Assembly: GCF_963921235.1 (NCBI RefSeq)
Contig: NC_086097.1
Location: forward strand, 183,646,001 to 183,710,000
Source: Mobula hypostoma
Taxonomy: Eukaryota
Reading direction: 5' to 3'
Length of the DNA stretch: 64,000 nt
Position 1 is the stretch's first letter. Each line of letters starts with the position of its first letter. A model generated the notes under the pieces. The model did not search any database. It saw nothing but the letters and a program-made list of their open reading frames with translations, and was not told the DNA's origin. This document shows, piece after piece, positions 37,341 through 50,155 of the stretch. A program made the translations under genes and the position numbers.

Positions 37341-40300
37341 CACCTCCCTGCTTGACCAGGAGTGTAACATTAAACCTCCTTGTTTGAGGAACTCTCGATT
37401 TGTCTCAGCAGTTTTTCCTGCATACTCTATCTGAGTTTGGGTTTGAGGAGCTGCAGCATGAATGTAAGGAACAACTCAGTAACAGCCGGTGAGTTGTTTG
37501 TTGTGGAGAGTGATGCATTATGATATTCAAGGAGGAAATTGGCAAGCTCCTGGTTCAATGTTAGTATCGTGTGTTCTTCAGACATTACCCGCAGTGTGTT
37601 CTTTATACTTTGGATAAACCTTTCTGCCTAGCTGTTTGTAGCTGGGTGGCACAGTGCAGATGTAATATGTCTTATTCCAGTCATTTTTAGGAATGACTGA
37701 AACTGTTCCTCACAAACTGTGGTCCATTGTCACTGACTAAGTGTTCTGGAACACAAATTCTTATTAAGTGGCTTCACAATACATCAACAATGTGTGCGAG
37801 ACTGTAGTACAGGCTATTGGGAGCACTTCTGGCCACTTTGTAGCTCCATCCACTACTACCAAGAAATCTGTGCCATGAGTGGTCTGGCAAAATCCACATG
37901 AATCCTCTTGAGGGCAATCTGTACAGTGCACAGCAAGTTACTTGATCTGCTGATCTATTCCAGGGCACCAACAAAGCTTTGAGCCAATGCTTTCATTTTA
38001 ACCACACCTAGATGACCTGCATGCAGCTCCTACAACACTTTAGCTCTCAGCTCTGGTGTACAACAACTTTCAATTCCCACATAAGTCAACCTCTGTCCAG
38101 GGCAGGTTAATTTTGGCACTGGTAGAAATGGGGGGACTGGAGTTTCTGCTGCACCTTCCAACCATTTAGGGTTGCCATGTAGATCTGAGACAGTGCAGGT
38201 ATTTTTTCTGGTTTCCCTTTGGATCATCCCTGCCATAATAAGGAGACTTCCGCTTTATATTAGGGAGAATATGTCAAGAGGAGTATCTCATTTTTATAAA
38301 TGTTCCCAGTATTTCCTTTTCCAAAGGCAAATGGGACAATCCATCAGCACTTCCATAATTCGTCATCCTCTTAAATTTGATGTTGCAATTGTGTCCTCAA
38401 AGAAAATGGACACGTGATTGATGATCAGTAATAAGGGTAAACTTTCTCCCCTACAAGTATGGGTTAAAAAGCTTTACACCCCAAAGCAGACTCAAGGCCT
38501 CTTTTTCAACCTGTGAGTAGTTTTTTCTCTGGAGTGGTGAGGGAACATGATGCAAAGACTATGGGGCTTTCACTTCCATCAATCATATCATGTGACATGA
38601 CTGCACCCATAACATCAGGTGAGACGTCACAGGCAAGTTTCACTGGATGACGTGGATCACAATGTGTGAGTACAGTATCTGATGTCACCATTCCTTTACC
38701 TTTTCTAAAGCCACCTCACACTGCTTTGTCCATTGCCAATTCTTGTCCATCTGCAGCAATGAGTAGCCAGGTTTGACAGGAACCTGTTATAGTAGTTGAT
38801 AAATCCTAAGAAGGACCACAACTGTGACATGCCCTTTGGCCTTGGAGCATCCAATACAGCTTGACTTTTCTCAGAAAACTTGCATAATCCTTCTGCGTCA
38901 ATAGTGCGAGCATAGTTTAAAGAATGCACATTTCTTACATCATGCCCTGACCGCATAATATTTTAATTTTTTTTTCAATGCCTTTAGGTTTTGGACATGT
39001 TCATTGTCCTCTTTACTGGGGACAATGATGTCTTTCAGGTGACACTAAGTGTCTGGGCAATCTTGCAGCACCTGGTCCATAGATTTCTGCCAAAGTGCAG
39101 GTGCAGATGCTACTCCAAAAATAAGCCATTTATAATGATAAAGCCCTTTGGGTTTTATGTTGAGAAACACTTTGGATTCTTCTTCCACCTTCATCTGTAG
39201 GAGAGCCTCAACTAACTCCAATTTGTTGAAGTATTTCTCTCCAGAAAATTTGCAAATATATCCTCTGTCCTAGGCAAAGGGTATTGATCTACTTTCAGTA
39301 CTGGGTTGATAGTGACCTTAAATTCACTATAGTGTCTGACAGATCTATTCTTCTTGGCTACTAGGACCAATGGCATTGCCCATGAGCTCCACCCCACCTT
39401 GGAAAGGATTTCTTCAGTCTCCATGTGATCTAGCTCACTGGCTACTTTATCATGGATTGTATATGGAACTGGATGAGCTTTGTAAAACTTGAGTGTGGTA
39501 TTTTCATTTAGCACTATTTTACCCTTGATATGTTTGAATTTTTCAATGTGATCCTTGGAAATTGCTGCAGCATCATCCAGTTCCTTTCTTAATTCATTTT
39601 CTGATGGCTTTAATGCAGGGAATGTAGCATGTAAATTGTGGATGAATCTCCAATTAAGTTGTAGTTGTCTGAACTAATCATATCCCCAAAATGATGGTCC
39701 TCCTGTTTTTTTATCACATGCAAGATCATTGTGGCTTGTTGGTTGTTATATTTCACTGTTACAAATGTCTTTCCCATAGGAGTTTTCTTTTCTCCAGCGT
39801 AAGTTGGTATCGGCAGGCTTCAGTTTGGAATCTTTGAAATATTGTTCAAACTCATTTTGTGCAATGACTTGAACAGCTGAACCAGTGTCTAATTCCATTT
39901 TAATTAATTTGTCATTCACTGCTGGCATAAGCCATTTCGTTTGTGTATTGTTAATTTTCACACTGTAAATCCTAAGGCTACACATTCCTTTGTCACGTTC
40001 ATCATTATCAGTTTTTTCATCAATAGAGCGCAGATTAGTGCTCCTTTTGAAACTGCAACTTGACATTTTATCTTTTTCTCTTCTATGTGCAGTCCACTTA
40101 TATTTGTCTGCCCGTCATGCTCTTGTATGTCTCCTACTTTGTGGCATTTTCTGCAAGTTTTGCTTTTAAACCTGCATTGGTCTGGTGTATGTGAGTCCCT
40201 GACACAATGTTAACACAATTTGTTTGGCCAGGCTGCTTTCTTTTTAGAGTTTCAATTTTGTTGACGCACATTTTCATTCCTGACTGCAGTTGACCCTCTG

Positions 40301-41029
40301 TCTCCGGTTTCCATTGAAAGAGCGATTTCTACTGCTCTTAATCGTAAGCTATGCTTCAGTTAGGGGGTCATTTTTGAGTGCTTTGTTGTAAGGTTCCACA
40401 AACTAAACAATCTTTTCAGTGAGATCATTACTTAACTGACAATGCTCAGACAATCTGTTCATTTCAGACACATATACTGAAATGGACTCCCCTCCATTTT
40501 GATTCTGCTTATAAAACCTAAAGCATTCTGCAATCAACAATGGTTTTGGTTGTGAATGTTCCTGCATTACTTTTATAATATCAACAAAGCTCATTCCTGC
40601 TGATTTGGCTGGAGCAGTCAAACTTCGAAGCAAACGGTATGCCTTTAAACACAATGCACTTAGCATAATTGGTACTTGTTTCTTATTGGCTATTTCATTT
40701 ACTTCGAAATACTGTTTAACTTGCTCAGTATATAAACTCCTGTTATCAGTTGCGTAATCAAATGTGAGATCTTTCCGATGCAGCCAGTCATTTCTGGATT
40801 TTTTAAAAATGATTATTATTATCACCGCCTGGTATTCAGTCTTTCTGAATCTGTGAATTCTTCTACTTTCTGACTTGGGGAAAGACTTGACAGGCTCTAC
40901 ACATGCTGCTCTACGCTGTTTCTTTACTCATTGTTCCTCACTGCTTGGCTTTTTCAGTTCAAACATCTCGCTGAGCTTTATCAGGTTGGTAGCCGTTTCA
41001 GGTTCATTTCAAAAATACCTTGTTGCCAC

Positions 41030-41252
41030 TGTTATGTTTTGTAACTTCAGAATATTAAACTAATTCAAAGGAAGACATGAGAGTCTGGGAAATTGGGTCC
41101 AACTTCGTGTTTACTTTGAGCAAGGTGCGCACCTATCATGTGGTAGGGTGATTATGCATGCAATTCATGTATTTATACATATAACTCATAATGAATTATT
41201 TAATCAAACAAGAAAGCTTAATCAACTTTTATACATACAAGATTACTCAAAT
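41030..41252 (-). repeat. 5' LTR, truncated by CR1 insertion
   Basis: TGTTATGTTTTGTAACTTC...TTACTCAAAT, then a CR1 tail. The last ~27 bp seen in the other LTR are missing. Confidence 0.82.
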
Positions 41253-42509
41253 AGAACATAGAATAGTACAGCACAGTACAGGCCCTTCGGCCCACAATGT
41301 TGTGCCGACCCTCAAACCCTGCCTCCCATATAATCCCCCACCTTAGATTCCTCCATATACCTGTCTAGTAGTCTCTTAAACTTCACTAGTGTATCTGCCT
41401 TCTCCACTGACTCAGGCAGTGCATTCCATGCACCAACCACTCTTCGAGTAAAAACCTTCCTCTAATATCCCCCTTGAACTTCCCACCCCTTACCTTAAAG
41501 CCATGTCCTCTTGTATTGAGCAGTGGTGCCCTGGAGAAGAGGCGCTGGCTATCCACTCAATCTATTCCTCTTATTATCTTGTACACCTCTATCATGTCTC
41601 CTCTCATTCTCCTTCTCTCCAAAGAGTAAAGCCCTAGCTCTGTTAATCTCTGATCATAATGCATACTCTCTAAACCAGGCAGCATCCTGGTAAATCTCCT
41701 CTGCACCCTTTCCAATGCTTCCACACCCTTCTTGTAGTGAGGCGACCAGAACTGGACACAGTACTCCAAGTGTGGCCTAACCAGAGTTTTATAGAGCTGC
41801 ATCATTACATCGCGACTCTTAAACTCTATCCCCCGACTTATGAAAGCTAACACCCCATAAGCTTTCTTAACTACCCTATCCACCTGTGAGGCAACTTTCA
41901 GGGATCTGTGGACATGTACCCCTAGATCCCTCTGCTCCTCCACACTACCAAGTATCCTGCCATTTACTTTGTACTCTGCCTTGGAGTTTGTCCTTCCAAA
42001 GTGTACCACCTCACACTTCTCCGGGTTGAACTCCATCTGCCACTTCTCAGCCCACTTCTGCATCCTATCAATGTCTCTCTGCAATCTTCGACAATCCTCT
42101 ACACTATCTACAACACCACCAACCTTTGTGTCGTCTGCAAACTTGCCAACCCACCCTTCTACCCCCACATCCAGGTCGTTAATAAAAATCACGAAAAGTA
42201 GAGGTCCCAGAACAGATCCTTGTGGGGCACCACTAGTCATAATCCTCCAATCTGAATGTACTCTTTCCACCACGACACTCTGCCTTCTGCAGGCAAGATA
42301 ATTCTGAATCCACCTGGCCAAACTTCCCTGGATCCCATGCCTTCTGACTTGCTGAATAAGCCTACCATGTGGAACCTTGTCAAATGCCTTACTGAAATCC
42401 ATATAGATCACATCCACTGCACTACCCTCACCTATATGCCTGGTCACCTTCTCAAAGAACTCTATCAGGCTCGTTAGACACGATCTGCCCTTCACAAAGC
42501 CATGCTGAC
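41253..42509 (-). mobile_element. Young 5'-truncated CR1 LINE
   Basis: Tail AGAACATAGAATAG at the left; uninterrupted RT frame. Confidence 0.93.
41557..42495 (-). pseudogene. CR1 ORF2 RT domain fragment (312 open codons, no own start or promoter)
   Basis: YMDFSKAFDKVPH, GAPQGSVLGPLLF, FADDTK, LVRPHLEYCVQFW, LERRRMRGD. Confidence 0.9.
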
Positions 42510-42874
42510 ATATGGAGCCAGAGGTTTTTGCAAACCCAGACGACTTCTTCCCAGTTCATCTGCGAAACAGTTTCTTCTCCTTTCCACATGTATTTCTTTT
42601 CTTTTCAAGGTGGCTGGGGCCTTGTTGGAGTCTGTGATCTACAACTGCAGCTCAAACTACCGTTCTCCATGGGCAGTGGGTTCTTGTTCTCTGACTCGCT
42701 GTGCAGCCTGATGTTTCAATATCTCCAGCCACAGCCAAGAAGACATGCACCTTCGGGATGTGGCCCCATGGACGACTCGGTTCCTCGCCGACCTCACTGA
42801 CAGAAGTACCGTGGGAAATTGGAACATCGAAACAGTAGGTGGTGTGCGCTGCAGTTGGACGGTCCTTGCGCTCG

Positions 42875-42913
<39 letters not shown>

Positions 42914-43320
42914 GTGAGTGGGAGTCTGCTGGTCTTTGAGTTGGGGTCTTGGAGAAGCGAAAAGGAAGATAGTAGCATCGAAATAGTGAGCTGTTGGACT
43001 CCCTTCTCATTGTTGCAGAGGTGATATTTCTCTCTCCCTCACTAATGAGATGTCAAAGTGTTGAGTTAGATAGAAGTTTTTAATGGACTCTAGATCATGG
43101 GTTTGCTATTGGTTGGTGGTGGGGGTTAATGCTTTTGCTGGAGCAGGTGGGGGGAGGAGGGAAGTTGATGCTCCTGCTGCTTGTCCATGGGAGGGGGAGG
43201 GAGGCTTTGTGGTTCTAACATTTTCTGTCATTTGTTCATTTTTTTATGGATGTCTGTGAAGAATGAGAATTTCAGGTTGCATACTGTATACATTCTCTGA
43301 TGTTAAATTGAACCATCTGG
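42510..43320 (+). mobile_element. Putative non-autonomous retroelement with Rex1/Babar-like tail
   Basis: Non-coding. Ends ACTGTATACATTCTCTGATGTTAAATTGAAC, similar to other LINE tails here. Family assignment is tentative. Confidence 0.35.
42880..42909. repeat. (TC)15 microsatellite
   Basis: Direct reading. Confidence 0.95.
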
Positions 43321-43445
43321 ACACAAGAAAGTTTGCAGATATTGGAAATCTGAAGCAACACACGAAAGTACTGGAGGAAAATAGCAGAATTTATGGAGGG
43401 AAATGAATGTTCGATGTTTTGGGCCAAGACCCTTCGTCAGGACTT
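43321..43445 (-). mobile_element. Penelope-like terminal-repeat fragment with decayed hammerhead motif
   Basis: Minus strand reads AGTC-CTGACGA-AGGGTCTTGGCCC-AAAACATCGA. Confidence 0.65.
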
Positions 43446-43734
43446 TCATAATTACAAAACTATTGAATGGTTGTGTATTGCACCAGGGAACCATTCAGTA
43501 GTCTTATGTCTGTGGGGAAGAAGCTGTCCTTAAGCCTGGTGGTATATGTTTCCAGACCTTGGTATCTTCTGCCTGATGGGACAGGGGAGAATGTTTTGGG
43601 TGGGGGGGGGGCTTTGATTATATTGGCTGCTTTACAGAGGCAGAATCAGAATCAGGTTCAATATCACTGGCGTACATCATGAAATGTGTCCATTTGCAGC
43701 AGCAGTGCATTGCAATACAGAGTGAAAAAAAACT

Positions 43735-43819
43735 ACAGAGCTGAGCCAATGTCTTAGGCACTCATATACAGTGTGTACTGTAGCTAGGGTACCCGAGACT
43801 TCAGCACAGCACTGCTTAT
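43735..43819. mobile_element. Tiny Tc1/mariner-like MITE (degenerate)
   Basis: Imperfect palindrome CAGAGCTGAGCCAATGTCTTAGGCA...TACCCGAGACTTCAGCACAGCACTG; inverted relative of 44225-44294. Confidence 0.45.
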
Positions 43820-44224
43820 GTCAATGTGGAGTGGAGACTGAGTTTGTAAATCGAGCGGGAGCAAAGGATGTTGGGAATGGGGAGGGTGGAGCACTGTGGG
43901 AGGGGTGTGGGACAGGTTGCAGAGAAGGAGTGCTGGGCCGGTGGTGGTGCGGGTGCAGACGCACCCAGCTCCGAGACACCAGGCAAGATCATTTGATTCC
44001 AAATAACTGGTTTGTTGATCTTTACAGAATATCTCTCTGGTGCTGCTCACTCCCTCCCCTCTCCCTTCCCCTTTTCCCAACCATAAATCCCCTCTCCCTG
44101 CCCCCTTCCCACTCTCAGTTCACAATAGAGACCCATATCAGTATCAGGTTTATCATCATTCACAAATGTCATGACATTTGATTTTTTTTGCAGCAGCAGT
44201 ATAATGTAATACATAAAATTACTG

Positions 44225-44294
44225 CAGTACAGAGCAAAAGTCATAGGCACCCTAGCTATATACTGTATATGTGCCTAAGACTTGCACAGTACTG
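44225..44294. mobile_element. Tiny Tc1/mariner-like MITE
   Basis: TIRs CAGTACAGAGCAAAAGTCATAGGCAC / GTGCCTAAGACTTGCACAGTACTG, followed by TA. Confidence 0.55.
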
Positions 44295-46689
44295 TATATA
44301 TAAACAAATTAAGTTATATAAGTAGTACCTTAAAAGAAAGCAAAGAAAAATATAGATGTAATGTTCATGGTTTCATTGTCCATTCAGAGATCTGATGGCA
44401 GTGGGGAAAAAGCTGTTCCTGAAGCATTGAGGGTGTGTCTTTGGGCCCCTGTACCTTCTCCTTGCCAGTGCCCATGATGGATCTGGCTGAGTTCGCAATT
44501 TTCTGCAGCTTTTTCCGATCCTGTGCGGTGATCCCTCCATTCCAGACGGCGATGCAACCAGATAGAATGCTCTCCACTGTACATTTGTAGAAATTTGCAA
44601 GTGTCTTTGGTGACGTACCAAGTCTCCTCAAATTCTGAATGGAATATGGCCACTGTCGTGCCTTGTTTGTAATTGCAGGTATACGTTGGGCCCAGGATAT
44701 ATCTTCAGAGATGTCGACATCCAGGAACATGAAACTGCTCGCCCTTTCCACTGTTGATCCCTCAATGAGGAATGGTGTGTGTTCTCTCGAATTGCCCTTC
44801 CTGAAGTCCACAATCAATTCCTTGGTCTGCTGATGTTGAGTGCAAGGTTGTTCTGCGACACCACTTAAACAGCTGATCTATCTCACTTCTGTACACCTCC
44901 TCATCATCACCTGAAATTCTGCCAACAATAGTCGCAACATCAGAACATTTATGGATGGCACTTGAGTTGTGCCTAGCCACACAGTCATGGGTGTAGAGGG
45001 AATAGAGTAGTGGGCTAAGCACACATCTTGGGGTGCGCCAGTGTTGACTGTCAGTGTGGAGGTAATGTTATGTTTGATCATACTGACTGTGGTCTCTCGA
45101 TGAGCAAGTCAAGGATCCAGTTTCAGAGGGAGTTACAGAGGCCCAGGTTTTGGACCTTGTTGATAGGAACTGAGGATATGATTGTGTTGAATGTTGAGCT
45201 GTAATCAATAAGCAGCAGCCTGACGTAGGTATTGCTGTTGTCCAGGTGATCAAGGCCAAGTTGAGAGCCAGTGAGGTGGCACCACTGTAGATCTAAAGGT
45301 AAATTTCAGTGGGTTCAGGTCCTTACTTAGGCAGGAGTTGATTCTGGTCATAACCAACCTCTCAAAGAATTTAATTGCAGTAGATGTGAGTGCCACTGGG
45401 CGATAATTGTTGAGGCAGTTCAAACTGCTGATTTTGGGCACAGGTATGATTGTCACCCTTTTGAAGCAGGTGGGAGCTGCTGACTGCGGCAGTGAGAGAC
45501 TGAAGATTCCTTGAACACTCCCAACAGTTGGTTGGCACAGGTTTCAGTGCCCTGATGGTGTACCTGGTAGGGCACTGAAAGATGTTTTGACACTGACCTC
45601 CAAGACAGAGATCAGAGGGTCACCAGTTGCTGCAGGGATTCGCACAGGGGTAGTTTTATTCTCCCTTTCAAAGTGTTCATAAAAGCCATTGAGCTCCTCT
45701 GGGAGTGAAGCGTCACAGCCGATCAGAATGCTAAGTTTCACCTGGTAGGAAGTAATGGCCTGTAAACCTTGCCAGAGTTGATAAGTATCCGATTCTGCCT
45801 CCAACTTCAATTGGAATTATTTTATCGCTTGTACAGTAGCCTTCTGTAGGTCACAGTTGGACTTCTTGTAAAGTTCTAGATTACTGGTGTTTAATGCCAC
45901 AGACCTAGCCTTCAGCAGGCTATGATGCTCTTGGTTCATCCACAGCTTTTGCTTTGTGTATGTTTGGTATGTTGTCGAGGGCGCACACTGACAGCTGTAT
46001 GCTGCTGGATTCCATGCTGGCTGGGAGGCTGGCCCCTCCCATCAGGACTGCCCTCCAGTGTTTGCTCAGTGGCGACGTGCTGGGTTACGTTCATCTGCGG
46101 CTGCACACGCATGAAATGAGAAACTGCTGTTCTTGTAGAAATGAGGCTCCAGGACAACATCCAGGCACCATCAATCTATAAGCCATTACACTTGTTTTAT
46201 ATATCTTTTAATCTTATTAATTATATTTTTTGTAACTGCATGTTTGTTTGCTATCATAATTTTATGTGCTGTGTGTGACTGTCGGCCTCTTGGCTGCAGA
46301 GGAACGCTGTATCATTTGGTTGTATTCCTGTGATTGGTTAAGTGGCATTTAAACTTGAACTCGAATACAATTGTCTGCACAGATCTTGATCAAGCTGGTG
46401 ATAACTGTGGCACATTGACTCAGATTCAAAGGTAATTCCCTGAATATTGTCCAATCCACTCATTAAAATTAGTCCTGTAAGCTCACTTGACCATTACTTC
46501 TTGGTCCTCAGCACTAGTACTGTGGTCTTTAGTCTCTGCCTATATGCCGGGAGTAGAATTACAGCCAGGTGATCGGGATGGCACAGTAAGCATTCTTGAT
46601 GGTGGTATAACAGTGGCCAAATGTGTTGGCTCCGCAAGCGATATATTAGTGGTAGTTGGTCAGGGACGACTTCAAGCTGGTCTGGTTGA

Positions 46690-47560
46690 AATCACAGATG
46701 GTGACGGGGGGCATGCAGGAGTGAGATATGCCAACTGGTGGAATGGTGCCGCAGCAACAACCTGGCACTCAACATCAGTAAGATGAAAGAGCTGATTATG
46801 GATTTCAGGAAGGGTAAGACAAAGGGACACATACCAATCCTCATAGAGAGATTGGAAGTGGAGAGAGTGAGCAGTTTCAAATTCCTGGGTGTCGGGACCT
46901 CTGGGGATCTAACCTCGTCTCAAGATATCGATGTAGTTATAGAGGAGGCAAGACAGCAGCTATACTTCATTAGGAGTTTGAAGAGATTTGGTATGTCAAC
47001 AAATCTATTCAAAAACTTATGTAGTTGTGCTGTAGAGAACATTCTGACAGGCTGCATCACTGTCTGCTATGGAGGGGCTACTGCACAGGACTGAAAGAAG
47101 CTGCAGAAGGTTGTAAATCTAGTTGGCTCCATCTTGGGTACTAACCTACAAATTGCCCAGGACATCTTTGGGGAGCAGTGTCTTGGAAAGGTGGCGCCCA
47201 TTACTGGGGACCTCCAGCACCCAGGACATGCCCTTTTCTCACTGTTACCATCAGGTAGGAGGTACATAAGCCTGAAGACACACACTCAGCGATTCAGGAA
47301 CAGATTCTTCCCCTCTGCCATCCAATTCCTAAATGCACGTTGAATCTTTGGACACTACCTCACTTTTTTTTAATATATAGTATTTCCATTTTTGCATATT
47401 TTTTTAATCTATTCAATATACATATACTGTAACTGATTTACTTGTTTATTTATTATTATTTTTATTTATTATTTTATTTCTTTCTCTGCTAGATTGTGTA
47501 TTGCTGCTGCTAAGTTAACAAATTTCCCGTCACATGCCAGTGATAATAAACCTGATTCTG
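46690..47560 (+). mobile_element. Rex1/Babar LINE 3' fragment
   Basis: EWCRSNNLALNISKMKELIMDFRK..VERVSSFKFLG..ARQQLYFIRSL; HPGHALFSLLPSGRRY; tail GATAATAAACCTGATTCTG. Confidence 0.85.
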
Positions 47561-48536
47561 ATAGGGAAGACATCGGGATGCACTGTTTTGTGACTGTGGA
47601 TCACGGTGCTCCAAAGGCAAAGTAAACACCCCTGCCAGGTTGATGGAGGAAAACTTCTGCAGCGGATGAAATGGATGGCACTTGGCCACTGGATGTTCCA
47701 GGGCGGGTGAGCAGGACTGAGACAGGTCTGTGCACCACAATGAGTTAATTATGAAGCATAATTTGCCTCCTCTACTTTGAGAGATGATGGTGAAGCCCTC
47801 GGGCTGCATGCCACGTCTGAAATGGTCGGGTTGAGCCATTTTCCCATGAAGCAAAGTACAGAGCAGACCCTGATGACCCCTGATACTGCAACCTTGCTCT
47901 GAAGTCCTCAGTTTTATTTTCCAGAGAATGATATGCGCCAGCAGGATAGTCAGGAGTGGGGATCTAAAGACTGTGTTTCAATCTCACTTGCAGGCCAGCA
48001 TGCTCTCCATACTTTTTTAAAGGAAAACTGCACTTGCAACCTGAGTCTGCAGTCCAGGGTCCGCCGATTTCAAGGACTGATAGATTTTCTAAATGTGCCA
48101 ACATGATGTTGCTTACTGAAGTACTGGTGGTTGTGACTGTGGATTTCAGCTGTCGTAGTTTTAAATGGGAATATTTGATGATTCCCTTCGGAGCTGCATG
48201 GAAAGAGTCACCACTTTCTGGCACCGTCTTAGTAAAAAGCAAGAAGTGTACATAGAGTCCAGGGCTTCAATGATGTGCCCCGTGATTTCATTTCATTTGT
48301 TCCTGATGATGTTTCCCCCACAAGGAAGTTGTAGTTCACTATAGTGAGTTATGTGGAAAACACAACCTATCAGGGTAATTTATAGATGAAATATTACATA
48401 TTATATATAGCACAAGTAAGTAATCATTTGATCTGAGGAGTGTGAAGTGTAAGTGAGTTCAAGATTCAAGTTTATTTATCATGTGTACACCAAAACATAC
48501 AGTGAAATGCCTTGTTTGCATTAATAACCAACACAT

Positions 48537-48791
48537 GGTACAGAGGAGATTCGGGGGTAAGTTTTTTACGCAGAGAGTGCTGAGTGCGTGGAATGGGCTG
48601 CCGGCGATGGTGGTGGAGGCGGATACGATAGGGTCTTTTAAGAGACTCCTGGATAGGTACATGAAGCTTAGAAAAATAGAGGGCTATGGGTAACCCTAGG
48701 TAATTTCTAAGGTAGGGACATGTTCGGTACAGCTTTGTGGGCCGAAGGGCCTGTGTTGTGCTGTAGGTTTTCTACGGTTCTATGTTTCTAT
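48537..48791 (+). mobile_element. Short CR1 3'-end insertion
   Basis: Near-identical to 8045-8300 and 51784-52027; TTCTATGTTTCTAT tail. Confidence 0.85.
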
Positions 48792-49999
48792 ATCTGAGTG
48801 TGTGTCTGGGACAGCCCACAAGTGTCACACACCTTCCGGCACCAAGCTAGCAAGCCCACAACACCTGGTAGACCAATACGAAACACAACAAGCAACAAAA
48901 CAACAGCAAAACAAGCCCCGTTTGTCTCTTCCACATGCATAGTCCTTTATATCCCAGGACAGGCATTTTGTCTCCAGCCTCCTGTGGACTTGAACTTGGA
49001 CTCAGGCCTGCAGACACTGGGCTTTGACTACCCCAGCAGATTCACAGATATCGGCAGACTCGACCCCGGTGGCCCATCTGTGAATGTGAGTTTGTGGGAG
49101 GGAAAGGGGCTCAGTTTGCTGTTGCCGTTTAGTTCTGTTTCAACTGCTGTTATTGTTGTGTTCTGCTGAAGACCATGGCGTTATATTGCAGCGAATGTGT
49201 GGCTACACTTGCAGGCTGCCCCCAGCATACCCTTAGGTTGTGTTGGTTAATGCAAATGACACATTTGACTGCACATTACGATGTACATATGATAAGTAAA
49301 TTAATCTGACTCTAAACTATAAACTGATAATAGTTCAGTCAATACACATAGTTGCTTGCTTTTACTTTCACATTCTGGGCATAATCAAACCCTTATGGAA
49401 TCATTTTTTTTTAGAAGGGCTGCATTTATGTTGTTTTAACCTTGCATAAAGGTCAAATCCACATCTCCCTTAGATCCAGAGTTTGACTCCAGCAATTTGC
49501 AACCTTTTTGAAACAGCTGTGTGGGCCCGTTGCTAGGCAATGAGACACTTACTTCTATATCTCCTGATTAAATGGAATAGTGTAAATGTTCCCTGTAGAA
49601 ACCAATAAATGTAGGCACTAATGTTTTTCATGTTCAGCAATAGAAACAAAAAAGTCAATTAACAATCCATTAAGACATAAAGGGGGAAGGGGGAAAGAAA
49701 AGAAGAATAAAGCAGATATTGTTTAGTTTAGTTTGACTTAACCCTTCTACTGCTGTGCTTTAATCATTATGTATAGTATGTTTCTTCCTTTGATTAAATT
49801 AATGATTCTTTCTGCCCTTCTCTGATTATCACACTTAATTCAATTTTTGACTAAGTAGCAATGTTTCTACTTTATTTAGAAATGTTAATGTTTAATAATG
49901 AAAATTTTGCAATTACATTGAAATGGAAACTGGAAAAAAACATTCAAATATAAAATCATTAAAAGATAGTACTTTGTTTCAGAAATAGACAATTTATTA

Positions 50000-50155
50000 A
50001 ACACAAGATTCTGCAGATGCTGGAAATCCAGAGCAATACACACAGGACGAAGGGTGAAGGGTCTCGGCCCGAAACGTCGACTGTACCTCTTCCTGTAGAT
50101 GCTGCCTGGCCTGCTGTGTTCTACCAGCATTTTCTTTGTGTTCCTCCAGCATTTT
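50000..50155 (+). mobile_element. Penelope-like terminal-repeat pieces with the 3' half of a hammerhead motif
   Basis: GACGAAGGG-TGAAGGGTCTCGGCCCGAAACGTCGACTGT at 50046-50084, followed by sequence complementary to 6925-6978. Confidence 0.7.

Larger units (their letters stand above)
37091..41252 (-). mobile_element. Decayed Gypsy LTR retrotransposon (Mag-like gag with two knuckles), internally deleted
   Basis: Direct repeats 37091-37340 and 41030-41252; minus-strand PBS TGGCAACAAGG next to the right LTR; purine tract next to the left LTR; gag (40403-40825), MELDTGSAV protease, YPLPRTEDIF RT, LACDVSP RNase H, ELHAGHLG integrase zinc region. Confidence 0.88.
43641..48230 (-). mobile_element. 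Long decayed Rex1/Babar LINE interrupted by several younger insertions
   Basis: Tail CAGAATCAGAATCAG at 43641; IVDFRKG..FYKCTVESILSG (44365-44817); LSPLLYSLYTHDC; IIPVPK..NNYRPVALTS..FERLV; endonuclease-like TILLA..LCF..W near 47830-47955. Insertions at ~43735-44295, ~45960-46345 and 46690-47560. Confidence 0.72.

Noticed and set aside
48034..48255. 73-aa plus-strand ORF as a host exon
   Set aside because: Overlaps the probable 5' end of the minus-strand Rex1/Babar element; no splice or homology support.
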